Source of the DNA: an uncultured Actinomycetes bacterium
Lineage (GTDB): Bacteria; Actinomycetota; Thermoleophilia; UBA2241
DNA length: 64,000 nucleotides
Assembly (NCBI GenBank): GCA_963767005.1
Contig: CAVYCN010000002.1
Location: 384,001 to 448,000 of the forward strand
Direction of reading: 5' to 3'
The notes under the pieces were generated by a model, which saw only the letters and a program-made list of their open reading frames with translations, did no database searches and had not been told where the DNA came from. The position numbers were made by a program, and so were the translations under genes. Positions 1-9,387 of the stretch are shown here, one piece after another; positions within the stretch are counted from its first letter, which is position 1; every line of letters begins with the position of its first letter.

Positions 1-504
1 ATCCTCGACTCGGGCGGCGCCGAGAGCCTGCTGGGCGACGGCGACATGCTCTTTCACCCCTATTCGAGCGCCAAGATGCTGCGTGTCCAGGGCGCCTTCA
101 TCTCGTCCGAGGAGATGGCGTTCATCACCGGCCACTGGCGCTCTCAGGCCGCGCCCGAGTATCGCCAGGACCTCGTGGAGAGCGCCACCGGCGATTCCGG
201 CGAGGGCGCGCCCGGCGGCGACGGCGGCGACGGCCTGCTGCCCGAGGCGATCACGACGGTGGTCCGCACCGGCGCCGCGTCGGTCGCGCTCCTGCAGCGT
301 CGCCTGCGGGTGGGCTACGCGCGGGCCGGGCGTCTCATCGACATGATGGAGGAGCGCGGCATCATCTCGGGCTTCGACGGCAGCAAGGCACGCAAGGTGC
401 TGATCGACGAGGACGACCTGCCGCGCGTGCTGGGCGGCGCGACGTCGGCCGAGAGCGCCGACGCGGAGCCGTCCGCCGACGACGGCGAGGAGCCGCTCGA
501 CTGA
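1..504 (+). CDS. ftsK: DNA translocase FtsK/SpoIIIE, C-terminal part (5' truncated by window)
   Basis: Frame open from base 1: ILDSGGAESLLGDGDMLF...RVQGAF, then gamma domain ASVALLQRRLRVGYARAGRLIDMME. Confidence 0.95.
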   Translation: MLDSGGAESLLGDGDMLFHPYSSAKMLRVQGAFISSEEMAFITGHWRSQAAPEYRQDLVESATGDSGEGAPGGDGGDGLLPEAITTVVRTGAASVALLQRRLRVGYARAGRLIDMMEERGIISGFDGSKARKVLIDEDDLPRVLGGATSAESADAEPSADDGEEPLD

Positions 505-673
505 GAACAGTGGTCGAGGCGAGGCCGTCCCGGCGTCCGTTCGCGGAACGCCCGTCCTTGGCCGGAATTGTGTTCTCGTCGGGGCGAACGTAGACTCGCG
601 GTGAGGCGCGGCCGTCGACGGCGGCATGGCCAGCGCGCCTCGCCGTCGGACAGCGACCGGGAAGAGAAGCTCC

Positions 674-1396
674 GTGTTCGAGATCGGAAGCACGCTGCGC
701 GAGACCAGGGTGCGTCGCAAGACCACCCTCCAGCAAGCCGAAGACGACACGAAGATCCGCGCCAAGTACATCCAGGCGATGGAGAACGACGACTTCGATC
801 TCATGCCGTCGCCGGCGTACGTCAAAGGCTTCCTGCGGACCTACTGCGAGTACCTGGGGCTCGACGCGAACGTCATCCTCGACGAGTACAGGTCGCGGTT
901 CGAGCCCGACGAGGAGCACGAGCCCTTCGGCGGTAACTCGGCCCTCGGGCGCCCACACGCCCACCGGCGGCGCAACACCCTCACCTTCATCGCCGTGGTC
1001 TGCCTGCTCATCCTGGGGCTGCTCTACATGCTGGGGCTGGGTCGGTCGGGGAACAAGTCGACACCCCCGCCGGTCACCGTCCTCAGCCCGACACCGCAGA
1101 CCACGCCGAGCGTGCATACCACGACGGCGACCGCCACCTTCAGCGTGCGCATCGTGGCCGACCAGGGGGCATGCTGGGTGCAGGTCACGCGCGGCGGCGC
1201 GAGCGGGCCGGTCCTCTACCAGGCGACGCTGGCGCTCGGCCAGGCCCACACGCTGCACACGCGCCGCCCGATCTACGTGCGTCTCGGGGTGCCGTCCGAG
1301 GTATCGATCAGGGTCGCCGGCAGAGCCCCATTCCGGCCGGCCGAGACCGTCTCTACCACCTACGAGGTGACGAGGAAGGGCGTGGTGAAACTGTAG
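674..1396 (+). CDS. rodZ: RodZ-like HTH membrane protein (HTH_25 + TM + DUF4115)
   Basis: IGSTLRETR...TKIRAKYIQAME...YVKGFLRTYCEYLGLD, one TM helix, Pro/Thr linker; typical ftsK-rodZ-rimO-pgsA order; GTG 674 chosen as start. Confidence 0.85.
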   Translation: MFEIGSTLRETRVRRKTTLQQAEDDTKIRAKYIQAMENDDFDLMPSPAYVKGFLRTYCEYLGLDANVILDEYRSRFEPDEEHEPFGGNSALGRPHAHRRRNTLTFIAVVCLLILGLLYMLGLGRSGNKSTPPPVTVLSPTPQTTPSVHTTTATATFSVRIVADQGACWVQVTRGGASGPVLYQATLALGQAHTLHTRRPIYVRLGVPSEVSIRVAGRAPFRPAETVSTTYEVTRKGVVKL

Positions 1397-1888
1397 ATGG
1401 CCCAGGACTTCTCGTTCGACGTGGTCTCCGAGGTCGATCGCGACGAGGTGCGCAACGCCGTGAACCTCGCGCAGAAGGAGATCACTACCCGCTACGACTT
1501 CAAGAAGTCGGTGAGCAAGGTCACGCTCGATGGCGACGACCTCGTGCTCGTCTCCGACAACGAGGGCAAGCTGCACTCGGTGACCGATTTGCTCGAGGAG
1601 AAGCTCGTGCGCCGCAAGGTGCCGCTCAAGGCGCTGCAGTACGGCAAGGTCGAGCCCGCCCTGGGCGGCACGGTGCGGCAGCGCGTGCTCGTCACCCACG
1701 GCATCCCCGACGAGAAGGCGCGCGAGGTCACCAAGCTGCTGCGTCAGCGCTTCAAGAAGGTGCGGCTCCAGGTGCAGGGCGACGCCGTGCGCGTCTTCTC
1801 ACCCAAGAAGGACGAGCTTCAGGCCGCCATGCAGGCGCTGCGCGAGCACGACTTCGGCATCCCGCTGCAGTTCACGAACTACCGGTAA
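1397..1888 (+). CDS. yajQ: YajQ family nucleotide/c-di-GMP-binding protein
   Basis: SFDVVSEVD...EITTRYDFK...VQGDAVRV...KKDELQ...LQFTNYR signature. Confidence 0.95.
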   Translation: MAQDFSFDVVSEVDRDEVRNAVNLAQKEITTRYDFKKSVSKVTLDGDDLVLVSDNEGKLHSVTDLLEEKLVRRKVPLKALQYGKVEPALGGTVRQRVLVTHGIPDEKAREVTKLLRQRFKKVRLQVQGDAVRVFSPKKDELQAAMQALREHDFGIPLQFTNYR

Positions 1889-1916
1889 CGTCGTCGCCTC
1901 CTCGCGCGAGCCCGAC

Positions 1917-3203
1917 GTGACGTCGCCCGCCCGGGCCACCTTCGCCGTCGTCACGATGGGGTGTCCGAAGAACGAGGCCGACTCCGACCGTCTCGAAGCG
2001 GCGCTCGTGGGGGCGGGCCACCGGCCCGCCCCCACGAGCGCCGCCGACCTCGTCCTCGTGAACACCTGCGGCTTCATCGACGCCGCCAAAGAGGAGTCGA
2101 TCGCCGTCCTGCTCGACGCCTGCGACGAGGCTCACGCGCGCGGCGCCCGGGTCGCGGCCTACGGCTGCCTCGTGGCGCGCCACGAGGCCGAGCTGGCGGC
2201 CGCGCTCCCCGAGCTCGACCTGCTCTCGGCGTTCGACCTGGCGCCGGTCCTCGAGCTGCTCGCGCGGCTCGAGTGGCGGGGCGGCGCCACGAGCCCGGGA
2301 TCGCGCCGGCGCCGGCGGCCGCTCCACGCGTACCTGAAGGTCTCGGACGGCTGCGACCGGCGCTGTGCCTTCTGCGCCATCCCGCTCATCAAGGGTGCCT
2401 ATGAGACCGTCGCGCCCGACGCCGTCCTCGCGGCGGCGCGCGCGGCCCTCGACCGCGGCGCGCGCGAGCTCGTCCTCGTGGGGCAGGACACGACGCGCTG
2501 GCGGGTGCCGGGCTACGGCGGCCTCGAGCGTCTGCTGGCCGACCTGCGCGCGCTCGAACCGCTCTGGCTGCGACTCATGTACCTGCAGCCCGAAGGCCTC
2601 AGCGACGGCGTGCTCGAGGCGCTTGCGGGCTTCTGCGTGCCCTACGTCGACCTGCCGCTGCAGCACGCCTCGGGACGCGTCCTCGCGGCGATGGGGAGGG
2701 GCGGAGACGCCGCAACGCATCTCGCCTTGCTCGAGCGGGTGCGGGCGAGCCTGCCCGGCGCCGCGGTCCGCTCCGCGTTCATCGCCGGCTACCCGGGTGA
2801 GACCGACGACGACGTCGAGGAGCTGCTCGGCTTCGTGGCGGCGGCCGAGCTCGCCGTGGCCGGCGTGTTCGTCTTCGACCCGCAGGAAGGCACGCGCGCG
2901 GCCGCCCTGCCCGGTCAGGTGCCGCCGGCACTGCGCGCGGAGCGGGCCGCACGTCTGGGCGACGCCGTGGCCGCCGCTGCACGCCGCTACTGGGCATCGT
3001 TCGTGGGCCGCACGGTCGAGGTGCTCGTCGAACGGGGCTCGCGTGGCGTGGCGGCGGAGGTGGCTGGTAGAATCGCAGAACAGGCTCCCGACGTGGACGG
3101 CCAGACGTGGGTGGCAGGGGCGAGAGCGCGCCGCGGCCAGGTCATCCGCGCGTTGGTCGACGACGCCGACGGGTACCATCTCTCTGGACAGGCCGTGACA
3201 TGA
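1917..3203 (+). CDS. rimO: Ribosomal protein S12 methylthiotransferase RimO
   Basis: MGCPKNEADS, VNTCGFIDAAKEES, radical SAM CDRRCAFC, QAPDVDG TRAM region. Confidence 0.9.
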   Translation: MTSPARATFAVVTMGCPKNEADSDRLEAALVGAGHRPAPTSAADLVLVNTCGFIDAAKEESIAVLLDACDEAHARGARVAAYGCLVARHEAELAAALPELDLLSAFDLAPVLELLARLEWRGGATSPGSRRRRRPLHAYLKVSDGCDRRCAFCAIPLIKGAYETVAPDAVLAAARAALDRGARELVLVGQDTTRWRVPGYGGLERLLADLRALEPLWLRLMYLQPEGLSDGVLEALAGFCVPYVDLPLQHASGRVLAAMGRGGDAATHLALLERVRASLPGAAVRSAFIAGYPGETDDDVEELLGFVAAAELAVAGVFVFDPQEGTRAAALPGQVPPALRAERAARLGDAVAAAARRYWASFVGRTVEVLVERGSRGVAAEVAGRIAEQAPDVDGQTWVAGARARRGQVIRALVDDADGYHLSGQAVT

Positions 3204-3790
3204 GCGTCGACACCGACAAGCGACTCGTCAGCCGCTCGGCGCTCAACGCCGCCAACACCATCACGGTCGCGCGCATCCTGCTGATCCCGGTGTTCGTGGT
3301 GCTGCTCGTGGCGCACGTGCCCTGGGGCGCCCTCCTGGCCACCTGCGTGTTCGCCGTCGCCGCCCTCACCGACAAGCTCGACGGCTACGTGGCGCGCTCG
3401 CGCAACCAGATCACCACGCTGGGCCAGTTCCTCGACCCGCTCGCCGACAAGCTGCTGGTGTCGGCCGCTCTCATCGCCCTAGTGGGGCTCGGCAGGCTGC
3501 CGGCCTGGGTGGCGATGGTCATCATCGCCCGCGAGTTCGCCGTGAGCGCCCTGCGCGTGCTCGGCATCGACCAGGGCGTCTCGATACCGGCGAGCCCCCT
3601 GGGCAAGGCCAAGACGACGAGCCAGATCGTGTGCGTCATCCTCCTGATGCTGGGCCACGGGCACCTCACCTGGGTCCGCTGGCTCGACGTGATCTCGATC
3701 GTCGTCATGGTGGCGCTCACGCTCATCTCGGGCGTGCAGTACTTCGTGAGGGCGCGCGACAACCTGCACCTGCCCGGAAGCAGCCGATGA
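3200..3790 (+). CDS. pgsA: CDP-diacylglycerol--glycerol-3-phosphate 3-phosphatidyltransferase
   Basis: NTITVARI, TDKLDGYVAR..T.LGQFLDPLADK motif; ATGA overlap with rimO. Confidence 0.93.
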   Translation: MSVDTDKRLVSRSALNAANTITVARILLIPVFVVLLVAHVPWGALLATCVFAVAALTDKLDGYVARSRNQITTLGQFLDPLADKLLVSAALIALVGLGRLPAWVAMVIIAREFAVSALRVLGIDQGVSIPASPLGKAKTTSQIVCVILLMLGHGHLTWVRWLDVISIVVMVALTLISGVQYFVRARDNLHLPGSSR

Positions 3791-5034
3791 CCCCACCCGT
3801 GGCGGCCGTGCTGCTCACCGGCAGCGAGCTGCTCGACGGCCGCACACGCGATCGCAACGGCTTCTATCTGACCGGCACGCTCGCGGCCGCCGGCTTCGAC
3901 GTGGCCCACATGGTGCTCACGCCCGACGAGCCGGCGGCCCTGCGCCGCGACCTCGCCGGCCTGCTGCAGGAGCGACCGACGGTCCTCGTGCTGTCCGGCG
4001 GCCTGGGCACCACCCACGACGACCTCACCGCGCAGATCGTGGCCGACGTCACCGGCCGGGCGCTCGCCGAGCACCCCGCGGCGCTGCGCATGGTCGAGGA
4101 CACGACGCGCCGTGTCGCCGAGCGCCGCGGCTTGCCGCTCGCCGAGCTGCTGTCCGACATGCGTCGCCAGGCGTTTCTGCCGGGCGGCGCTCGTCCGGTG
4201 CCGCCGGCCGGCGTGGCGCCCGGCTTCGTCGTCGAGCACGAGGGCACGGCGATCGTGGCGCTGCCCGGCGTGCCCTGGGAGGTCGAGAGCATGTGGCCCG
4301 CCGTGCTCGACGAGCTCGCGGGCGCCCACGGCGCCGTGTCGCCGCGCACCGTGCAGGTACGGTTCTACGGATGGGGCGAGGTCCAAGTCGCCGCCCTGCT
4401 GCGCGCCCGGGCGACCGACAGGCTGCGGGTGGCGATCACCGCGTCGCTCGGCGAGGTCACGGTGACGGCCCGTCATCAGGCCGGCGACGGCGCCGCGGCC
4501 GCCCAGCTCGACACGCTGGTCGGGGCGCTGCGCGCCGGCGGCCCCGTGTTCTCGAGCGACGGCCGCGGCATCGACCAGATCGTCGCCGACCTGCTGCGCG
4601 CCCGCGGCGCGACCGTCGCGACGGCGGAGTCCTGCACCGGTGGCCTGCTCGGCGGACGTCTTACCGATCTCGCCGGCAGCTCCGACTACGTCGTGGGCGG
4701 GGCCGTGACGTACGCCGACGACGCCAAGCGCGACCTGCTCGGCGTACCCGCCGACCTTCTCGCGGCCCACGGCGCGGTGTCGGAGCCCGTGGCGCGCGCC
4801 ATGGCCGAGGGCGTCCGTGCGAGGACGGGCGCCACCTTCGCGCTCAGCACGACCGGCATCGCCGGCCCCGGCGGGGCGACGCCCGCCAAACCGGTCGGCC
4901 TGGTCTATGTCGGCTGCGCCGCGCCCGGCGGCACGGCGGTGCGGCGCCATGAGTTCCCGGGCGACCGCGCCACGGTCCGCGCCTGGAGCGTGGTGGCCGC
5001 CCTCCACCTGTTGCGGCGCGCGCTCGAGACATGA
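3787..5034 (+). CDS. cinA: Competence/damage-inducible protein CinA (MocF + PncC domains)
   Basis: GSELLDG, SGGLGTTHDDLT, LPGVPWE, TAESCTGG, GAVSE, TGIAGPGG..KPVGLV. Confidence 0.93.
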   Translation: MTPPVAAVLLTGSELLDGRTRDRNGFYLTGTLAAAGFDVAHMVLTPDEPAALRRDLAGLLQERPTVLVLSGGLGTTHDDLTAQIVADVTGRALAEHPAALRMVEDTTRRVAERRGLPLAELLSDMRRQAFLPGGARPVPPAGVAPGFVVEHEGTAIVALPGVPWEVESMWPAVLDELAGAHGAVSPRTVQVRFYGWGEVQVAALLRARATDRLRVAITASLGEVTVTARHQAGDGAAAAQLDTLVGALRAGGPVFSSDGRGIDQIVADLLRARGATVATAESCTGGLLGGRLTDLAGSSDYVVGGAVTYADDAKRDLLGVPADLLAAHGAVSEPVARAMAEGVRARTGATFALSTTGIAGPGGATPAKPVGLVYVGCAAPGGTAVRRHEFPGDRATVRAWSVVAALHLLRRALET

Positions 5035-5064
5035 GCCCGGACTACGCGCGCGACGGAGTCACGC

Positions 5065-5715
5065 ATGCGTGAGCGGCAACGACGCAGTCTATCGCCGGAC
5101 TATCCGGCGCGACCGCGGCGCGCGGGTCGGCCAGCCGAGGTTCGCGGCCGTGACAAACCGGGTGCGCCCGGTCGCGAACCCAGCCGGCGGCTCTTCGTCG
5201 CCTGCGACCTGCCGCTGGCGGCGCTCGCCGCCGTGACCGACTGGCAGGCCCGCGAGCTCGCGCCGCGCGACGACCTGCGCCTGAACCACAGCCTGCACCT
5301 GACCCTCTGCTTCCTGGGCGCGGTGCCCGAGCGCCGCGTCGACGACGTCGCCGCGGCGCTCGCCGGGCTCGACCTGCCGGCCCTGCCGAGCGGGCTCGGC
5401 GCGGCGCTGTTCCTGCCCGAGCGCGGCCTCAAGCGGGTGATGGCCCTGGCCCTCGATGACCCCACCGGGGCGCTCGTCGCGACCCAGCGTTCCGTCTCCG
5501 AGGCCCTGTACCATCTCGGGGTGTACGCGCCTGGGAAACGCCCCTGGCTGGCCCATCTGACGGTGGCTCGCTTCCGCCGTCCCGGTCAACCTTTTTCGCT
5601 GCAAAACGTGAACATCGCGCCGTTTGGACTGCCCTCGGTCATCCTGTATGCTAGCGTCCTGGAGCGGGGTGGGGCAGTCCACACGCCCCTTGCCACGTTT
5701 CCCACCTCAGCCTGA
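5065..5715 (+). CDS. thpR: RNA 2',3'-cyclic phosphodiesterase (2H family); start uncertain
   Basis: RLFVA, HLTLCFLG and HLTVAR HxT motifs; between cinA and recA. Confidence 0.88.
   Translation: MRERQRRSLSPDYPARPRRAGRPAEVRGRDKPGAPGREPSRRLFVACDLPLAALAAVTDWQARELAPRDDLRLNHSLHLTLCFLGAVPERRVDDVAAALAGLDLPALPSGLGAALFLPERGLKRVMALALDDPTGALVATQRSVSEALYHLGVYAPGKRPWLAHLTVARFRRPGQPFSLQNVNIAPFGLPSVILYASVLERGGAVHTPLATFPTSA
5624..5652 (+). promoter_or_regulatory. Possible sigmaA promoter for recA inside thpR 3' end
   Basis: TTGGAC-17 nt-TATGCT in a locally AT-richer patch about 80 nt upstream of recA. Confidence 0.4.
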
Positions 5716-5733
5716 CGAGAGGAGCACGCCACC

Positions 5734-6825
5734 GTGGATAAAGACAAGGCCCTCGAAGCCGCCGTCACCCAGATCGAGCGCCAGTTCGGCAAGGGCAGCA
5801 TCATGCGCATGGGCGAGCATGCCGCCGCGGCCGACCTGCAGACCGTGCCGACGGGCTCGCTCGCCCTCGACATCGCGCTTGGCGTCGGCGGCATCCCGCG
5901 CGGGCGCATCGTCGAGATCTACGGGCCCGAGTCATCGGGCAAGACGACCCTCGTCTACCACCTCATCGCTCAGGCCCAACGTCTCGGGGGCGTCGCCGCC
6001 TTCATCGACACCGAGCATGCCATGGACCCCAACTACGCGCGTACCATCGGGGTCAACGTCGACGATCTGCTGGTCAGCCAGCCCGACTACGGCGAGCAGG
6101 CGCTCGAGATCACAGAGATGCTCATCCGCAGCGGCGCCATCGACATCGTCGCGATTGACTCGGTGGCCGCGCTCACGCCGCGGGCCGAGATCGAAGGCGA
6201 GATGGGCGACAGCTTCGTGGGCCTGCAGGCGCGGCTCATGAGCCAGGCGTTGCGCAAGCTGGCCGGCACGCTCAGCAAGTCGGGCACCATCTGCGTCTTT
6301 ACCAACCAGCTCCGCGAGAAGATCGGCGTCATGTTCGGCAACCCCGAGACCACGACCGGTGGCAAGGCGCTCAAGTTCTACGCCACCATCCGGCTCGACA
6401 TCAGGCGCATCGAGACCCTCAAAGAGGGCACTGAGGCGGTCGGCAACCGGGTACGCGTGAAGGTCGCCAAGAACAAGGTGGCGCCGCCCTTCAAGCAGGC
6501 CGAGTTCGACATCATGTACGGCACCGGCATCTCGCGCGAGGGCACGCTGCTCGACCTCGGCGTCACCGCCGACGTCGTGCACAAGAGCGGCGCCTTCTTC
6601 AGCTACAACGACGACCGCCTCGGGCAGGGCCGCGCCGCCGCGCGCGCGTTCCTGCACGACAACCCCGACATCGCCGACGACATCGAGCGCCAGATCCGCG
6701 ACCGCGCCGGGCTGCCCGCGGCGCCTGCACCGGTCGCCGCCGCGGGCGCCGACGGCAAGAAGTCGGCCGCGGCGGCGCTCGCCCAGGCCGAAGCCCAGGC
6801 CGCCGCGCCCGACGCCGAGCGGTAG
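5734..6825 (+). CDS. recA: Recombinase RecA
   Basis: [54 protein letters not shown]. Confidence 0.99.
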   Translation: MDKDKALEAAVTQIERQFGKGSIMRMGEHAAAADLQTVPTGSLALDIALGVGGIPRGRIVEIYGPESSGKTTLVYHLIAQAQRLGGVAAFIDTEHAMDPNYARTIGVNVDDLLVSQPDYGEQALEITEMLIRSGAIDIVAIDSVAALTPRAEIEGEMGDSFVGLQARLMSQALRKLAGTLSKSGTICVFTNQLREKIGVMFGNPETTTGGKALKFYATIRLDIRRIETLKEGTEAVGNRVRVKVAKNKVAPPFKQAEFDIMYGTGISREGTLLDLGVTADVVHKSGAFFSYNDDRLGQGRAAARAFLHDNPDIADDIERQIRDRAGLPAAPAPVAAAGADGKKSAAAALAQAEAQAAAPDAER

Positions 6826-6844
6826 CCGGTCGCCGGGGCCGTCG

Positions 6845-7489
6845 GTGCCCACCGTCACGGCTCTCAAGGCGACTCGGCGCGGCCACGTCGCGATCCACGT
6901 CGACGACGCCTTCGTCGCGGCGGTAGGCGACGCGTTCGTCGTGCGGCACGGTCTGTTCGTCGGCCTCGAGCTCGATGCCGCACGGCTCGACGAGCTCGTC
7001 GCCGCCGCCGGCGTCGAGCGCGCGCTCGCCGACGCCTACCGCCTGCTGGGCCATCGCGCCCGTTCCCGTACCGAGCTCGCCGAGCGCCTGCGCGCCAAGG
7101 GCCATCCCGAGCCCATCGTAGCCGGCGTCGTCGAGCGTCTCGTCGCCGAGGGCCTGCTGAACGACCCCGCCTTCGCGGCCGCGTTCGTCGCCGACAAGCG
7201 CCGTCTGGCCGGCTGGGGCGCCGGCCGCATCGCTCGCGAGCTCGCGCGCCACGGCGTCGCCGACACGATCGCGCAGGCCGCCCTGTCCGGCTCCGGCGAC
7301 GACGCCGACGAGCTCGCCCGCGCCCTGCAGGCGCTGGCCCGTCGCGGCCCGGCGCGGGCGCCCCTCGACGCCGCCCGCAAGCGCGCCTACGACTACCTGC
7401 TGCGGCGCGGCTACTCGACCGCCGTGGCCTACCGTGCCGTGCGCGACTGGTCGGCCGCGGCCGCCGGTTCGGGCCAAGTCACCGATTGA
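6845..7489 (+). CDS. recX: Regulatory protein RecX
   Basis: LLGHRARSRTELAERL, LLNDPAFA, GAGRIAREL, LLRRGY; directly after recA. Confidence 0.9.
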   Translation: MPTVTALKATRRGHVAIHVDDAFVAAVGDAFVVRHGLFVGLELDAARLDELVAAAGVERALADAYRLLGHRARSRTELAERLRAKGHPEPIVAGVVERLVAEGLLNDPAFAAAFVADKRRLAGWGAGRIARELARHGVADTIAQAALSGSGDDADELARALQALARRGPARAPLDAARKRAYDYLLRRGYSTAVAYRAVRDWSAAAAGSGQVTD

Positions 7490-7515
7490 CAGTGCCTTCG
7501 AGGCGAACCTACAAT
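7486..7515 (+). promoter_or_regulatory. Near-consensus sigmaA promoter
   Basis: TTGACA (7486-7491)-18 nt-TACAAT (7510-7515). Confidence 0.75.
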
Positions 7516-7560
7516 CACAAGTGAGCAGCTTGCTCACTGACTTTGCGTATGACTGTGGCA

Positions 7561-7748
7561 CCTGAAGGCCATGCATTCCGGTCCTAGGCGGCCGGCCTGT
7601 CGAACGAGCGACGTAGGGGTCTCACACAACGTAGGGAGCTTTTCGAGAGCACTTCCGGGCTTTCCCCGAAGCCGCACGTCAAACGACTGCAAAGATGCTC
7701 AAAGAACCGCGTGAGTGCCGGTAGGCACCGCGGCATGGCACCGTCAGG
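7561..7748 (+). ncRNA. Structured ncRNA of about 190 nt, probable 6S RNA (family unconfirmed)
   Basis: Ends pair (CCTGA/TCAGG and GCCATGC/GCATGGC); internal A/C-rich stretch then GGGAGC; GCTCAAAG and CGGCA on the 3' side; own promoter and terminator; upstream of rny. Confidence 0.5.
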
Positions 7749-7767
7749 GACGACGACCGTACGAGAG

Positions 7768-7792
7768 GCCGGGCGAGTTGCCCGGCTTTTTT
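7768..7792 (+). terminator. Intrinsic terminator
   Basis: GCCGGGC-gagtt-GCCCGGC followed by TTTTTT. Confidence 0.8.
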
Positions 7793-7846
7793 CGTCTCAT
7801 TTGACGTGACGTCGCAACTGACGATCACCGGCACAAGGGGACCAGC

Positions 7847-9376
7847 ATGACCGCAGTGTTCATCGTGATCGCGCTCGCCGCCGGCGTGGCGGCCGGATAC
7901 CTGGTCAGGCGCTATCTGGTCGACAACCGGGTGAAGGGCGCGCAGGGCGAGGCGCAGCGCCTGCTGCGCGACGCCCAGCGCGAGGCCGAGGCCACCGTCA
8001 AAGAAGCCCGCCTCGAAGCCAAAGAGGAGCTCCACAAGGTGCGCACCGAGGTCGAGAACGACCTGCGCGAGCGACGCCTCGAGCTCAAGAACGCCGAGGA
8101 TCGCGCCGCCCAGCGCGAGGAGCAGCTCGAACGGCGGGCGGCCGAGCTCGAGCGCCGCGACCAGCAGGTCTTCGAGCGCGAGGAGCAGGCCGCCGCTCTC
8201 ACCGAGCAGCTCAAGGTCGCGCAGGCCGAGCAGGCCGCCGCCCTCGAGCGCATCTCGGGCCTGACCGGCGCCCAGGCGAAGGAGATGCTCCTGCGCAAGA
8301 TCGAAGAAGAGGCACGGCACGACATGGCCCGCCTCGTGCGCTCTATCGAGGACGAGGCCAAGCGTGAAGCCGACCGGCGGGCCCGCAACATCCTCTCGCT
8401 GTCGATCCAGCGCACCGCCGCCAACCACGTCGCCGAGACCACGGTCTCGGTCGTGCCGCTGCCCTCCGACGACATGAAGGGCCGCATCATCGGCCGCGAG
8501 GGGCGCAACATCCGCGCCCTCGAGAACCTGACCGGCATCGACTTCATCATCGACGACACGCCCGAGGCGGTCGTGCTGTCGGGCTTCGACGGCGTGCGGC
8601 GCGAGATCGCCCGCCTCACCATCACCAAGCTGCTCGCCGACGGCCGCATCCATCCGGCCCGCATCGAGGAGATGTACGGCCAGGCCAAGGCCGAGATCGA
8701 CGCGACCATCGAGGAGGCCGGCGAGCAGGCCTGCTTCGACGCCAACGTGCACGGCGTGGCGCCCGAGCTCGTCAAGGTCCTCGGCCGGCTCAAGTTCCGC
8801 ACGAGCTACGGCCAGAACGTGCTCAACCACTCGGTCGAGGTCGCCCACCTGGCCGGCATCATGGCGAGCGAGCTGGGCGCGAACCCCAAGATCGCCCGGC
8901 GCGCCGGCCTGCTGCACGACGTCGGCAAGGCGATCGATCACGAGGTCGACGGCTCCCACGGCCAGATCTCGGCACAGCTCGCCCGCAAGTACCGCGAGAC
9001 TCAGAGCGTCGTGCACGCGATCGAGGCGCACCACCAGGACGTCGAGCCGCAGACCGTCGAGGCGGTCCTGGTGCAGGCCGCCGACGCCATCTCGGCCGCC
9101 CGCCCCGGCGCCCGGCGCGAGACCCTCGAAGGCTACGTCAAGCGCCTCGAGTCGCTCGAGAAGATCGCCGAGAGCAAGCGCGGCGTCGAGAAGTCGTATG
9201 CCATGCAGGCGGGCCGTGAGGTGCGCGTCATGGTCAAGCCGGCCGAGATCAGCGACGACGATGCCGTGCTGCTCGCGCGCGAGATCGCCAAGGAGATCGA
9301 GGAGACGCTCGACTACCCCGGCCAGATCAGGGTGACCGTCATCCGCGAGAGCCGCGCCACGGAGCTCGCCAAGTAG
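7847..9376 (+). CDS. rny: Ribonuclease Y
   Basis: N-terminal TM, coiled coil, KH ([14 protein letters not shown]), HD (LLHDVGK), [15 protein letters not shown]. Confidence 0.98.
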   Translation: MTAVFIVIALAAGVAAGYLVRRYLVDNRVKGAQGEAQRLLRDAQREAEATVKEARLEAKEELHKVRTEVENDLRERRLELKNAEDRAAQREEQLERRAAELERRDQQVFEREEQAAALTEQLKVAQAEQAAALERISGLTGAQAKEMLLRKIEEEARHDMARLVRSIEDEAKREADRRARNILSLSIQRTAANHVAETTVSVVPLPSDDMKGRIIGREGRNIRALENLTGIDFIIDDTPEAVVLSGFDGVRREIARLTITKLLADGRIHPARIEEMYGQAKAEIDATIEEAGEQACFDANVHGVAPELVKVLGRLKFRTSYGQNVLNHSVEVAHLAGIMASELGANPKIARRAGLLHDVGKAIDHEVDGSHGQISAQLARKYRETQSVVHAIEAHHQDVEPQTVEAVLVQAADAISAARPGARRETLEGYVKRLESLEKIAESKRGVEKSYAMQAGREVRVMVKPAEISDDDAVLLAREIAKEIEETLDYPGQIRVTVIRESRATELAK

Positions 9377-9387
9377 GAGCGGTCCAC

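Noticed and set aside
5031-5072. 13-codon ORF between cinA and thpR with SPDY similarity to the thpR N-terminus
   Set aside because: Too short to separate from chance or a micro-duplication; it only makes the thpR start uncertain
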